DNA of 64,000 bases from Candidatus Thermosaccharophagus tengchongensis (GTDB lineage Bacteria; Armatimonadota; Fervidibacteria; Fervidibacterales; Thermosaccharophagaceae). The position numbers were made by a program, and so were the translations under genes. The stretch lies in assembly GCA_032161105.1 (NCBI GenBank), contig JAVHTD010000002.1; one strand, 5' to 3'. Positions 54,701-64,000 of the stretch are shown piece after piece (position 1 is the stretch's first letter; every line of letters begins with the position of its first letter). The notes under the pieces are model-generated. The model made no database searches and had not been told where the DNA came from. It saw only the letters and a list, made by a program, of their open reading frames with translations.

Positions 54701-55891
54701 ATGCGCATTGTCCTTTACACTGGGAAGGGCGGCGTGGGTAAGACGAGCATAAGTGCAGCAACAGGGATACTGTGCGCCGAGCTTGGTTACAAGACTTTGG
54801 TCATGAGCACAGATCCTGCGCACTCGCTCTCTGACTCGCTTTGCATGAAGCTTGGAAGCGAGCCAACAGAAATCTGTGATGGGCTTTTTGGGATGGAGAT
54901 AGACCCGTTCGCTGAGATTGAGGAGAACTGGGCAGCTGCAAAGGATTACCTTACGATGCTATTTGCCTCGCAAGGGCTTGACGAAGTCGCAGCTGAAGAA
55001 CTCGCAGTGCTTCCGGGAATGGATGAGTTGTTTAGCCTGCTCAAGGTCAAGCGATTTTACGAAAGCGGTGAGTTTGATGTGCTCGTCGTTGATTGCGCTC
55101 CAACTGGCGCAACGATACGATTGCTTAACTTCCCGGAAGTGCTGCAGTGGTATATGAAGCGCCTGTTCCCAGTGGAGAGGTATGTCGTTGGCACAATTCG
55201 CAAGTTCAAGCGCGAGATATTTTCCGTTCCACTCCCGAGTGATGCCGTCTTTGATACGATACAGCGCATGTATGCGAATGTGGATGAGATGCGCGACATA
55301 TTGCTTGACCCGCGGGTGACAACGATACGCCTCGTTCTCAATCCGGAGAAGATGGTCATACAGGAAACGAGGCGCGCTTACACGTATCTTAACCTCTTCG
55401 GCTTTCACACCGATGCCATTATCGCAAACAAGGTCTTCCCCGAGGAGATCACCGACCTATATTTCTCCGAGTGGAAGAAGGTGCAAAAGGCTTACTTGGA
55501 GGAGGTTGAGGCGTCGTTTCCGAACCTACCGATATTTAAGGTGAGGTTTTATCGGCACGAAGTCGTCGGTTTAGAGAGCCTCCGCAGAATGGCACATGAT
55601 ACATTCGGCGACAGCGACCCAACCCAAATATTCGCTCAGGATGAACCAATGCAGATAATCAAGGAGGGCAGCAATTATACGCTTGTCCTGAAGCTGCCGT
55701 TCGTCTCTCATAGGGAAGTTGACCTCTATCAGAAGGGCGATGAGCTCATAGTCAGGATTGGGAACTTCAAGCGCAACATCATCTTGCCTATGGTGCTCGC
55801 TCGCCTTGAAGTGGTTAATGCCAAGTTCGTTGAAGACAAACTCCACATACGCTTTACTGACAAGCGAAGACCAAAATCACACCATCAGTAG
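54701..55891 (+). CDS. ArsA/GET3-family ATPase with C-terminal HSP20-like domain
   Basis: YTGKGGVGKTSISAATG, STDPAHSLSD and VVDCAPTGATIRLL are ArsA motifs. The C-terminal YTLVLKLPFVSHREVDLYQKGDELIVRIGNFKRNI resembles an alpha-crystallin-type fold. Confidence 0.85.
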   Translation: MRIVLYTGKGGVGKTSISAATGILCAELGYKTLVMSTDPAHSLSDSLCMKLGSEPTEICDGLFGMEIDPFAEIEENWAAAKDYLTMLFASQGLDEVAAEELAVLPGMDELFSLLKVKRFYESGEFDVLVVDCAPTGATIRLLNFPEVLQWYMKRLFPVERYVVGTIRKFKREIFSVPLPSDAVFDTIQRMYANVDEMRDILLDPRVTTIRLVLNPEKMVIQETRRAYTYLNLFGFHTDAIIANKVFPEEITDLYFSEWKKVQKAYLEEVEASFPNLPIFKVRFYRHEVVGLESLRRMAHDTFGDSDPTQIFAQDEPMQIIKEGSNYTLVLKLPFVSHREVDLYQKGDELIVRIGNFKRNIILPMVLARLEVVNAKFVEDKLHIRFTDKRRPKSHHQ

Positions 55892-56019
55892 TGCGGCTTC
55901 GGCTGTGAATTCAATGCATCAATGCAAGTGGGTTTAGCTGCGAGCTTAGCACATGGGTGCGAATGGCTTCAGCCACAAGCTTAAGCGTTCCTGAGCGTTA
56001 CTTACATCGTTTGAAAAAG

Positions 56020-57246
56020 TTAAGCGCCGAGCCCTGCCGCACCCCTTCTTATGCCCCTTTCACTTTCAATCTTTTGTTGGTAGCCGCTTTGTCTGTATGC
56101 CATAAGCGGGTCAAGTGGGACCCCCATTTCCTCCCGCACAACCATAAGCAGCGGTGTCACATCGGTATTAAACGCATCCTGAAGGATTTGCTCAGCCATG
56201 ACAACATCGCATTTTTCCTGTGCGCTGTAAAGTTCGCCTCTCGGGATAAGCAACGCCTTCGCGTATGCGGTTTGGATGTTGATTATGGTCTGGATCATCT
56301 CCTCTATCTTTGGCTTAATGTTTGCTGCCTGATCAACCATGAATGCCACCTTCAAGTTGAGCTCATCTTCAGCGGTGACTATCTCTTTGAGGATGAGGAA
56401 CAACTCATACGGGTTGATGGAGCCTGTTGTCAGGTCATCATCCGCATACTTTCGGTTGTTGAAGTGAAAGCCGCCAAGCTTACCCTCGTCAATTAAGAAA
56501 GCGACGATGTGTTCAATGTTTGTGCCATGCGGGTGGTGACCCAAGTCAACGAGCACCTTTGCCCTCTCGCCGCACTTTTGCGCGAACACATAAGCCATAC
56601 CCCAATCGGCGATGTCGGTGTGGTAAAACGCTGGCTCAAAGAACTTGTATTCAATGAGCATCGTCATGTCCTGAGGCATTGCCTCATATACCTCCTGCAG
56701 GCATTCAATCATGCGGTGCTTGCGTCTCCGAAAGTCATCTTGCCCTGGGTGGTTAGTTCCGTCGGCAAACCAAAGGCTCAAGATGTTTGAGCCAACTTGC
56801 TTGGCTATCTCAATTGAATCAATGATGTGTCTCACGGCACGCTTTCTAACTTCTGCATCTGGGCTTGCTATGCTCCCATACTTGTAGCACTGGTCCTGAA
56901 ACACATTTGGGTTCACCGAACCAATCCTTAAGCCGAGTTGCTCTGCGTATTCCTTTACGCCGTCCACTTTGCCATCCGGGAAGTCCCAGAGAACATGCAC
57001 TGCCACCGATGGCGCTACACCGGTGAACTTGTTAACCTGCGCTGCATCCTCAAGCTTCTCATAGATGGTCACTGCTGCGCCGGGTTGATAAAATATGCCA
57101 AAGCGGGTTCCCGAATCTGCATATGCCCATGAGGGAGTTTCAATTTCAAGCGCCTTAAGCCTCGCCTTCACCGCCTCAATGTCAATTCCCTTCTCGGCAA
57201 GCGTGTCGGCAAGCATTTTGTATTCCTCCTTGTATCGCTTTCTCAT
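56020..57246 (-). CDS. L-rhamnose isomerase-like sugar isomerase (Pseudomonas stutzeri/Streptomyces RhaI type, TIM barrel)
   Basis: [45 protein letters not shown]...[10 protein letters not shown] closely parallels the N-terminal pattern of P. stutzeri-type L-RhI. GGGGGTGA precedes ATG 57246. Confidence 0.65.
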   Translation of the reverse strand: MRKRYKEEYKMLADTLAEKGIDIEAVKARLKALEIETPSWAYADSGTRFGIFYQPGAAVTIYEKLEDAAQVNKFTGVAPSVAVHVLWDFPDGKVDGVKEYAEQLGLRIGSVNPNVFQDQCYKYGSIASPDAEVRKRAVRHIIDSIEIAKQVGSNILSLWFADGTNHPGQDDFRRRKHRMIECLQEVYEAMPQDMTMLIEYKFFEPAFYHTDIADWGMAYVFAQKCGERAKVLVDLGHHPHGTNIEHIVAFLIDEGKLGGFHFNNRKYADDDLTTGSINPYELFLILKEIVTAEDELNLKVAFMVDQAANIKPKIEEMIQTIINIQTAYAKALLIPRGELYSAQEKCDVVMAEQILQDAFNTDVTPLLMVVREEMGVPLDPLMAYRQSGYQQKIESERGIRRGAAGLGA

Positions 57247-57477
57247 GCTCTTCACCCCCGAGCTCTTCAATTGCATCAGCATTCATCTGAATACCCCTCA
57301 CTTCGCGGGTATGCTTGTTTTTCGTGGTGAGTGCAATTCAAGGCGGGTTTAAACGGGTGATCCACGATGTGAGTTTCGCCTACAAACTCGCTTTGCGGCA
57401 ATGCCGCTCTTTTTAGTGACTTCGGTCTGGTGTGACGAATTGCAAAAAGATGTTCACATAGCCCCTGCCATTCTGCT

Positions 57478-57520
57478 GGGGAGCCAGCATCCTTAGATTC
57501 ACTTGTGATGCTGGCTCCCC
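57478..57520 (-). terminator. perfect 14-bp hairpin just downstream of the 57540 stop (possible terminator or RNA stability element; no U-tract)
   Basis: GGGGAGCCAGCATC (57478-57491) is complementary to GATGCTGGCTCCCC (57507-57520), with a 15-nt loop. Confidence 0.4.
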
Positions 57521-57539
57521 AAAGGTGTTGGAGCAGTCT

Positions 57540-58532
57540 CTACCTTTCAAATGCGGCTTCAAACCTTATCTCCGATGGCTTGAACTGCAACTTGCGGACA
57601 AACTCGCAGGCTTCCTTTGCGCCGTGTTCTCTATCCATGCCGCTGTCTTCCCACTCAACCGAAAGCGGGCCGTTATAGCCTATGTTGTTCAGAGCGCGAA
57701 TTATCTCCTCAAAGTTTATCCCGCCCCTCCCCGGTGAGCGGAAGTCCCAACCTCTCCTCGGATCCCCAAACGGCAGGTGAGACGAGAGGATGCCGCTTCT
57801 CCCATCAAGCGTGGTGATGGCATCCTTCACATGCATGTGGAATATGCGATCGGGAAATTCGTAAATGAACTTGACTGGGTCAACGCCCTGCCAGTGTAGG
57901 TGGCTCGGATCAAAATTGAATCCGAACGCCGGATGGTAATCCACAGCCTCAAGGGCTTTCCTCGCCGTGTATAGGTCAAACGCGATTTCTGTCGGATGAA
58001 CTTCAAGAGCAAACTTCACACCACATGCCTCAAATTCATCCAGTATAGGCTTCCACACCTGCGCGAACTTCTTGAACCCATCCTCAATCATTTGCGGCGG
58101 CACTGGTGGGAACGGATAGACAAGATGCCATATTGGTGAACCAGTAAATCCGTTTACGACCTGCACGCCGAGGTTTTTTGCAGCCCTTGCTGTGAGCTTC
58201 ATTTCCTCAATTGCTCTCTCGCGAACTCCATCCGGATTGCCATCTCCCCAAACATGCTCAGGGAGGATGGCTTTGTGCCGTTCATCAATTGGATCAAGCA
58301 CAGCTTGTCCAGCAAGGTGATTGCTAATAGCCCACACATTGAGACCATATCTTGCAAGGAGCTGCTTTCGCTCCTCGCAATACTTTGGATCTTCAACGGC
58401 TTTGCGCACATCAAAGTGGTCACCCCAACAGGCGAGTTCGAGCCCGTCATAACCCCACTCGCTCGCCTTTTGTGCGAGGGTCTCAAGAGGCATATCAGCC
58501 CACTGACCTGTGAACAATGTCACCGGACGCAT
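57540..58532 (-). CDS. sugar phosphate isomerase/epimerase (xylose-isomerase-like TIM barrel)
   Basis: [28 protein letters not shown] and HMHVKD are typical of the AP-endonuclease-2/xylose-isomerase-like barrel family. GGGAGGTGG precedes the ATG. Confidence 0.8.
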   Translation of the reverse strand: MRPVTLFTGQWADMPLETLAQKASEWGYDGLELACWGDHFDVRKAVEDPKYCEERKQLLARYGLNVWAISNHLAGQAVLDPIDERHKAILPEHVWGDGNPDGVRERAIEEMKLTARAAKNLGVQVVNGFTGSPIWHLVYPFPPVPPQMIEDGFKKFAQVWKPILDEFEACGVKFALEVHPTEIAFDLYTARKALEAVDYHPAFGFNFDPSHLHWQGVDPVKFIYEFPDRIFHMHVKDAITTLDGRSGILSSHLPFGDPRRGWDFRSPGRGGINFEEIIRALNNIGYNGPLSVEWEDSGMDREHGAKEACEFVRKLQFKPSEIRFEAAFER

Positions 58533-58771
58533 CCTTATCCACCTCCCAGTCCCCGTGGTGAGCGGATGTGGTTTACAGTCATGCAGTCAATAAATATGAT
58601 GCATTGTGGAGCAGGTTGTGTCAAACGCAGTCCTTTAGTGCATTGTTGCAGCGGATGCTCCAAACCGACGACCGAGCCTTAGTTGCTCTCGCTAAGTTAA
58701 AAAAACCAAGCGGTGCGAAGTGGTTGAATCAGATTTGTTGAGCATATGTTGGTTCATCAACGGTGCGTCCC

Positions 58772-58800
58772 TTTACAAGGGGATTTGATGACGCTAAAAT
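58772..58800 (+). promoter_or_regulatory. predicted strong promoter (TTTACA - 17 nt - TAAAAT)
   Basis: -35 is at 58772-58777 and -10 at 58795-58800. It is the only good promoter match I found in the 590-nt gap upstream of rpsL. Confidence 0.55.
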
Positions 58801-58806
58801 AAAAGC

Positions 58807-59086
58807 ATGACTATGGTGGTTGAGCGTTGGCGTTGTATTGCGCGTTGGTGCTATCTTGAACCACTGCAGGTTTCAATCATGAAAGTTCCAACCGCGCAGA
58901 CAGTGCTCATAGGCAAAGAGTGGCGAAAGGCTTTTAGTGTGTTATCATGCTATGTCGTCAGAGGGCGTGGGAGGCAGCGAATGCAATGCATTCGCTGCAG
59001 GGCGCCTTAAGACGCCGAGATGGAATGTTAATGTGGGCTGCCTCTCTGCTGCCCCTCTGGCGTAGCCAGAGGGGTAATTTTTTGCG
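58807..59086 (+). ncRNA. candidate ~280-nt structured RNA (rpsL operon leader/attenuator, or an independent small RNA)
   Basis: The element is bounded by the promoter above and an intrinsic terminator. Nested helices are 58839-58848/58888-58898 and 58856-58862/58869-58876. A perfect 11-bp hairpin spans 58974-58998. Alternative pairings involve the terminator 5' arm (see findings). Confidence 0.45.
59052..59083 (+). terminator. rho-independent terminator 40 nt upstream of the rpsL start codon
   Basis: CCCCTCTGGC-gta-GCCAGAGGGG is followed by TAATTTTTT (T6 at 59078-59083). Confidence 0.7.
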
Positions 59087-59124
59087 ATGCAGAGTATGCT
59101 TAAGCACGAGAGGGTGATTGAAGG

Positions 59125-59544
59125 ATGCCAACAATCAACCAGATAGTAAAGGGTGCCCGTAAGCCGAAGAAACATCGCACAAAGACACCGGCTCTAAAAT
59201 ACCGTTATAACGCTCTTAAGGGGAAGCTTATATACGACCCGCAAGGTGCGCCGATGTTGCGCGGTGTGTGCATATCGGTGCGAACCATGACGCCGAAGAA
59301 ACCGAACTCGGCATTGCGCAAGATAGCAAAGGTTCGCTTAAGCAACAGGCGAGTCATCACTGCTTACATCCCGGGTGTCGGACACAATCTACAGGAGCAC
59401 AGCGTTGTGCTTGTGAGGGGCGGACGAGTTAAGGACCTCCCAGGCATAAGATACAAAGTCGTTAGAGGCGCGCTTGACTGTGCCGGAGTTGAGGGGAGGA
59501 GGAAAGCCCGCTCGGTCTATGGTGCCAAGAGACCGAAATCTTAA
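59125..59544 (+). CDS. rpsL: 30S ribosomal protein S12
   Basis: MPTINQ..., [11 protein letters not shown] and [32 protein letters not shown] identify it. Confidence 0.97.
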   Translation: MPTINQIVKGARKPKKHRTKTPALKYRYNALKGKLIYDPQGAPMLRGVCISVRTMTPKKPNSALRKIAKVRLSNRRVITAYIPGVGHNLQEHSVVLVRGGRVKDLPGIRYKVVRGALDCAGVEGRRKARSVYGAKRPKS

Positions 59545-59580
59545 TTTGTGTTACGAATTGATGAAATGAGGTGAAATGGG

Positions 59581-60054
59581 ATGCCAAGGAGAGGACCAGT
59601 TCCGCCGAGGGAAATCCCGCCAGACCCGGTTTACGGAAGTGTGCTCATACACAAGCTCATTAACCAAATCATGCGGAAGGGCAAGAAGAGCATCGCAGAG
59701 AAAATCATGTATGGCTCGCTGTTGCTGATACATCAACGAACAAAGCGCAATCCGCTTGATGTGCTTGCTAACGCTATACGCAATGTCATGCCTGTGGTTG
59801 AAGTTCGTCCAAGGCGTGTTGGCGGTGCGACATATCAAGTGCCAATGGAAGTTCGCCCAACGAGGCGAGTCAGTTTGGCACTCCGTTGGCTTGTTCAGGC
59901 GGCGAGACAGCGCAAGGGCAGGACGATGGCTCACAGGCTTGCGGATGAAATCATTGATGCTTCTAACAATCAAGGGGGCGCAGTTAGGATAAAGGAGGAA
60001 GTGCACAGAATAGCGGAGGCAAACAGAGCATTTGCTCACTATCGTTGGTTCTAA
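59581..60054 (+). CDS. rpsG: 30S ribosomal protein S7
   Basis: [20 protein letters not shown]...[10 protein letters not shown]...[19 protein letters not shown] identifies it. Confidence 0.97.
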   Translation: MPRRGPVPPREIPPDPVYGSVLIHKLINQIMRKGKKSIAEKIMYGSLLLIHQRTKRNPLDVLANAIRNVMPVVEVRPRRVGGATYQVPMEVRPTRRVSLALRWLVQAARQRKGRTMAHRLADEIIDASNNQGGAVRIKEEVHRIAEANRAFAHYRWF

Positions 60055-60061
60055 CGGTGTG

Positions 60062-62239
60062 ATGCGTATGGTAGAAGTTGATTTTGATGGCAAGTTGCCG
60101 CTTGAAATGACGAGAAATATAGGCATAGTTGCCCACATAGATGCGGGTAAGACGACCACGACCGAGAGGATACTGTTTTACACTGGTCGTGTGCACCGAA
60201 TTGGGGAGGTTGACGAAGGGACTGCCACGATGGACTGGATGCAGCAGGAGAAGGAACGAGGAATCACAATAACTTCCGCAGCTACGACTTGTTATTGGAG
60301 GAGAAAAATTGGCGCCGACGAGAAAATCTACCGAATTAACATAATTGACACGCCGGGGCATGTTGACTTCACGGCGGAGGTTGAAAGGTCACTAAGAGTT
60401 CTTGATGGAGCGATTGTGATTTTATGTGGGGTTGGGGGTGTGCAACCGCAAACTGAGACAGTCTGGAGGCAGGCAAACAAGTATAATGTTCCGAGAATCG
60501 CCTATATAAACAAACTTGACAGAAATGGTGCCGACTTTCACTCAGTTGTGCATCAAATGCGGGAGCGATTGAAATGCAAGGCGATCCTCATTCAAATCCC
60601 GATTGGGCAAGGGGAGGACTTTGAGGGTGTCATTGATCTCATTGAATATCGGGCAATTTACTGGGATGACGAACTTGGGACAGTTATGCGTTATGAGCCT
60701 ATACCCGACAGCATAGAGCCGATTGCCGAGATCTTCAGGAAAGCTTTGGTGGAATGGGTTGTGGAAACCGACGATAAATTGCTCGAAAAATACCTCGAGG
60801 AGGGGACTATTTCCTCGGAGGACTTGCGTGCAGCTATAAGAAAACAAACGCTGCGTGGCGAGATTGTTCCCGTCCTCTGCGGGGCAAGTTTGAAAAACAG
60901 AGGTGTGCAGCCGCTGCTTGACGCCATTGTTGATTTTCTCCCATCACCGCTTGACATAGGTTTTGTTGAGGGTATGAATCCGGAAAATGGGGAGAAAGTG
61001 AGGAGAAAACTGGCAGAAGATGAACCTCTATGCGCCTTGGCTTTTAAGATCCAAACTGACCCGTATGTTGGTCGGCTAACTTACACAAGGATTTATAGCG
61101 GTGTTCTAAGAAAAGGTGACACAATTAGCAACTTTTCACGGGGATGCAGGGAGCGAGTTGCACGGATATTGCGCATGCATGCCAATTATAGGGAGGAAAT
61201 TGAGGAGTGCAGGGCTGGCGATATCGTTGCCCTTGTTGGATTGCGAAATACATACACGGGAGATACGCTTGGGGCACCGGAATGCCCAATTTTGCTTGAG
61301 CGCATTGAGTTTCCAGAGCCAGTCATATTTAGGGCTGTTGAACCGAAAACGAAAGCCGAGGAAGAAAAACTTATGCAGGCACTCTTAAAATTGGTCAATG
61401 AAGATCCGACATTGAGGCTGAGATTTGACAAAGAAACTGGTCAAACCATATTGGCTGGCATGGGAGAGCTACACCTTGAAATAGCTGAGGACAGGCTTCG
61501 CAGGGAATTTGGTGTCGTTGCTCGCTTTGGTCAACCGCAGGTTGCATATCAGGAAACCGTGTTGAATTCCGCTATTGGCGAGGGCAAGTATATTCGCCAG
61601 ACTGGAGGGCGTGGGCAATATGGACATGCAATCTTGCATGTCCAGCCTTTGGAGAGGGGTAAAGGGTTAGAGTTTGAAGTTGACATTAAAGGCGGGATAA
61701 TACCGGAAGTTTTCATACCGGCGATTGAGGCTGGAGTGCGGGAGGCTGCTGATAGAGGGGTGCTTGCTGGATATCCAGTTGTGGATGTTAAGATTACTTT
61801 AATTGGCGGTTCATATCACGAGGTTGATTCTTCGGAATATGCCTTTAAGCTTGCGGCAATGGAAGCCTTCAAAAATGCGTGTAAAAGGGCCACTTTAACC
61901 CTTTTGGAACCCATCATGAAGCTTGAAATTGTGACGCCGAAGGAATATGTGGGAGAAGTTCTTGCAGACTTAAATGCGAGGAGGGCATCTATCAGAGGGA
62001 TGAGGGAAGGCGCGGGGGAGATTATCATCGTTGATGCCGAAGTTCCATTAGCAGAGGTTTTTGGATATGCAACTCAATTGCGCTCGCTAACTCAAGGTAG
62101 GGCATCTTACACAATGGAGCCAGAGCGCTATGCACCGGTGCCTCCAGAGGTGGTTAAGCAAATTGTTCTAAAGCGCGGCTATAGCACATTTGACATTCTT
62201 CCTCATATTGAGGGAAAAACCATTGGCACGCGGGTTTAA
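60062..62239 (+). CDS. fusA: elongation factor G
   Basis: [37 protein letters not shown] and NKLDR are the GTPase motifs. Domains II-V are recognisable. The start is ATG 60062 or 60068. Confidence 0.95.
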   Translation: MRMVEVDFDGKLPLEMTRNIGIVAHIDAGKTTTTERILFYTGRVHRIGEVDEGTATMDWMQQEKERGITITSAATTCYWRRKIGADEKIYRINIIDTPGHVDFTAEVERSLRVLDGAIVILCGVGGVQPQTETVWRQANKYNVPRIAYINKLDRNGADFHSVVHQMRERLKCKAILIQIPIGQGEDFEGVIDLIEYRAIYWDDELGTVMRYEPIPDSIEPIAEIFRKALVEWVVETDDKLLEKYLEEGTISSEDLRAAIRKQTLRGEIVPVLCGASLKNRGVQPLLDAIVDFLPSPLDIGFVEGMNPENGEKVRRKLAEDEPLCALAFKIQTDPYVGRLTYTRIYSGVLRKGDTISNFSRGCRERVARILRMHANYREEIEECRAGDIVALVGLRNTYTGDTLGAPECPILLERIEFPEPVIFRAVEPKTKAEEEKLMQALLKLVNEDPTLRLRFDKETGQTILAGMGELHLEIAEDRLRREFGVVARFGQPQVAYQETVLNSAIGEGKYIRQTGGRGQYGHAILHVQPLERGKGLEFEVDIKGGIIPEVFIPAIEAGVREAADRGVLAGYPVVDVKITLIGGSYHEVDSSEYAFKLAAMEAFKNACKRATLTLLEPIMKLEIVTPKEYVGEVLADLNARRASIRGMREGAGEIIIVDAEVPLAEVFGYATQLRSLTQGRASYTMEPERYAPVPPEVVKQIVLKRGYSTFDILPHIEGKTIGTRV

Positions 62240-62256
62240 GGGGGTAAGCGTTTCAT

Positions 62257-62565
62257 ATGGCTGAGGAACGCATCCGAATTAAGTTGAAGGCATTTGATCA
62301 TAAGTTGGTGGATAAATCTGCACAGGATATTGCCAGAGTTGCCCGTGAAACTGGGGCTAAAGTGCGTGGTCCTATACCGCTCCCTACTGATAGAAAGGTT
62401 TGGTGTGTGATTAGGTCACCTTTCATTGACAAGGAATCAATGGAACATTTTGAAATGAGGATTCACAAGCGCTTGATTGACATCATTAACGCTACAGCCG
62501 AGACCATTGAGAGGTTGAGCAAACTTGATTTGCCAAGCGGAGTTGATATAGAAATCAAGCTGTAA
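62257..62565 (+). CDS. rpsJ: 30S ribosomal protein S10
   Basis: [39 protein letters not shown] identifies it. Confidence 0.97.
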   Translation: MAEERIRIKLKAFDHKLVDKSAQDIARVARETGAKVRGPIPLPTDRKVWCVIRSPFIDKESMEHFEMRIHKRLIDIINATAETIERLSKLDLPSGVDIEIKL

Positions 62566-62584
62566 ATTTTGGGGGTGTAAGGCG

Positions 62585-63208
62585 GTGATAAAGTCAATAA
62601 TCGGGAGAAAAGTTGGTATGACATCCATATTTACCGAAGATGGACAGCATATCCCGGTTACAGTTATTCAAGCCGGACCTTGTTATGTGGTTCAGCGAAA
62701 AGTTGTCCAAAAGGACGGGTATTCTGCGATTCAGCTCGGTTATTTGGCGATGCGCGAAAGAAAGGTGAATAAACCGTTACAAGGTCACTTCAAAAAAGCT
62801 GGATTGCCTCCAATGAAATTTTTGTGCGAGTTCCGTATACCAAATGAGGTAAATGTGGAAGTCGGGTCGGAAATAACGGTTAACTCGTTCAAGCCCGGCG
62901 ATGTAGTGAAAGTTACGGGAACCTCAAAGGGTCGGGGATTTGCAGGTGTGATGAAGCGGTGGGGTATGAGTGGTCAAAGGGACTCACATGGTTCAAGGTA
63001 TCATCGTCAACCAGCATCACTTGGACCGCAAGGTCCACAGCGAGTGTTCAAAGGGCATAAAATGCCGGGAAGATTTGGGGGAAAAACGGTGACTATCCGC
63101 GGGTTAACTGTTGTTGGTGTGGATCCTGAAAATCATCTTCTTCTCATAAAGGGTAGCGTTCCCGGATGGAAAGGGAGTTTGGTAAAAATTCAGGAAGACA
63201 AGCCATAA
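62585..63208 (+). CDS. rplC: 50S ribosomal protein L3
   Basis: IIGRKVGMTSIFTEDGQHIPVTVIQAGPC and GTSKGRGFAGVMKRW identify it. The start is GTG. Confidence 0.96.
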   Translation: MIKSIIGRKVGMTSIFTEDGQHIPVTVIQAGPCYVVQRKVVQKDGYSAIQLGYLAMRERKVNKPLQGHFKKAGLPPMKFLCEFRIPNEVNVEVGSEITVNSFKPGDVVKVTGTSKGRGFAGVMKRWGMSGQRDSHGSRYHRQPASLGPQGPQRVFKGHKMPGRFGGKTVTIRGLTVVGVDPENHLLLIKGSVPGWKGSLVKIQEDKP

Positions 63209-63224
63209 AAGACAGGTGATTGGC

Positions 63225-63854
63225 ATGGACATTCCGGTATACAATCTTGAAGGAGAGCAAGTTGGGATTTATACTATTCCTGACGAGCTGCTATCCGTCA
63301 AGATTAACAAATCTCTTGTGCACCAAGTTGTTATCTCATATCTTGCTAACATGAGGCAAGGGACACATTCAACAAAAACTCGCAAAGAAGTTAGAGGTGG
63401 GGGCAGAAAACCATGGCCGCAAAAGGGAACGGGTAGAGCAAGGCAAGGGTCTATAAGAGCCCCTCAATGGCGTGGTGGTGGCAAAGTGCATACTCCTAAG
63501 CCGCTTGATTGGGATGTAAAGATAAACAAAAACATGCGAAAGCAGGCAATAAAAATGGCGTGGATTGACAAAATAAGAAGTAACGATATAGTTTTGTTGA
63601 GCGAACTTGATTTTGAAAAGCCGAAAACAAAGCAGATGTATCGGTTGCTAAAGGCGCTTGGTTTGAGCGACAACAAAGTCCTACTTTTGATGAGGGAATT
63701 TAACCAAAATGTTTTCCTATCGGCAAGAAACCTGCCCAATGTATTTATGCTTCCATATTATCAACCATCAGCATACGATTTGATAAATGCGCAGAAAATT
63801 TTAACAACTTGCGATGTAATGGATAGGATAGTAAAGGAGAGGATTGCATCATGA
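63225..63854 (+). CDS. rplD: 50S ribosomal protein L4
   Basis: VHQVVISYLANMRQGTHSTKTRKEVRGGGRKPWPQKGTGRARQGSIRAPQWRGGG identifies it. Confidence 0.96.
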   Translation: MDIPVYNLEGEQVGIYTIPDELLSVKINKSLVHQVVISYLANMRQGTHSTKTRKEVRGGGRKPWPQKGTGRARQGSIRAPQWRGGGKVHTPKPLDWDVKINKNMRKQAIKMAWIDKIRSNDIVLLSELDFEKPKTKQMYRLLKALGLSDNKVLLLMREFNQNVFLSARNLPNVFMLPYYQPSAYDLINAQKILTTCDVMDRIVKERIAS

Positions 63855-64000
63855 CAAGCATCCGGCGAGATCCATCAAATGTAGTGATACAGCCAATATT
63901 GACGGAAAAAAGTGCAAAGCTGGCAGCTGAGTTAAATCAGTATACATTTAAAGTGCGCTTAGATGCTACAAAGCCAGAAATTAGGCAAGCTATTGAAAAG
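63851..64000 (+). CDS. rplW: 50S ribosomal protein L23, N-terminal fragment (3' end outside window)
   Basis: The ATGA start overlaps the rplD stop. VIQPILTEKSAKLAAELNQYTFKVRLDATKPEIRQAIEK matches the L23 pattern. Confidence 0.9.
   Translation, partial: MTSIRRDPSNVVIQPILTEKSAKLAAELNQYTFKVRLDATKPEIRQAIEK

Noticed and set aside
58807-59010. 67-aa ORF inside the rpsL upstream region
   Set aside because: It starts at the predicted transcription start with no RBS, and its product is rich in Trp, Cys and Arg. The region is better explained as structured RNA.
58950-59086. Possibility that the rpsL-upstream RNA is SRP (4.5S), 6S, RNase P or tmRNA
   Set aside because: GTCAGAGGGCGTGGGAGGCAGC loosely resembles the 5' strand of SRP helix 8, but I found no GNAR tetraloop, no matching conserved 3' strand and no closing helix. 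I saw no RNase P (GAGGAAAGTCC) or tmRNA signatures either. Identity with a known housekeeping RNA is not supported by eye and still needs a cmscan.
1-64000. Mobile elements, prophage, CRISPR arrays, defence islands, rRNA
   Set aside because: I recognised no transposase, integrase, recombinase, Cas, restriction-modification or toxin-antitoxin-like ORFs. Reading the intergenic regions showed no repeat-spacer periodicity. Gene content and orientation look like stable core chromosome.

Overview
The window reads as core bacterial chromosome. I saw no transposase, integrase, phage gene, CRISPR array or rRNA. Gene content by region: (1) 1-10956 (+): a respiratory complex I operon, nuoC(partial)-D-H-J-K-L-M-N, with no nuoE/F/G/I in line, followed by ndk, a polyprenyl-diphosphate synthase and a sugar nucleotidyltransferase. 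(2) 10922-20938 (-): a long run of porGD-porA-porB (pyruvate/2-oxoacid:ferredoxin oxidoreductase), a tandem USP, three tandem paralogs of a QueG/RdhA-superfamily Fe-S protein, two orphan genes and tsaD. (3) 21000-27407: a beta-propeller glycosidase, a TPR/B-box protein, an S55 (SpoIVB-like) peptidase, a nucleotide-sugar dehydrogenase and galU. (4) 27533-30954 (-): five tRNAs, a membrane H+-pyrophosphatase and a sixth tRNA. (5) 31138-40375: a mixed region holding DUF488, tatA, a GAF-GGDEF cyclase, tRNA-Leu, a JAMM/TusA-like fusion, a sigma-70 factor with a long basic N-terminus and a long leader, a nitrilase-superfamily hydrolase and hisG. (6) 40659-47412 (+): TPR-pilB-pilT-pilC-GT9-GNAT. (7) 47523-58532: orphan envelope and membrane proteins, a dehydratase-like/activase fusion, ArsA-like ATPase and sugar isomerase genes. 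(8) 59125-64000 (+): rpsL-rpsG-fusA-rpsJ-rplC-rplD-rplW(partial). The best candidates for something undescribed are: the por-usp-(QueG/RdhA-like x3) unit; a promoter-to-terminator structured RNA directly upstream of rpsL; the JAMM-TusA(Cys-less) fusion; and the structured leader plus basic N-terminus of the sigma factor. All calls rest on reading the translations and DNA by eye. No database search or folding computation was run.
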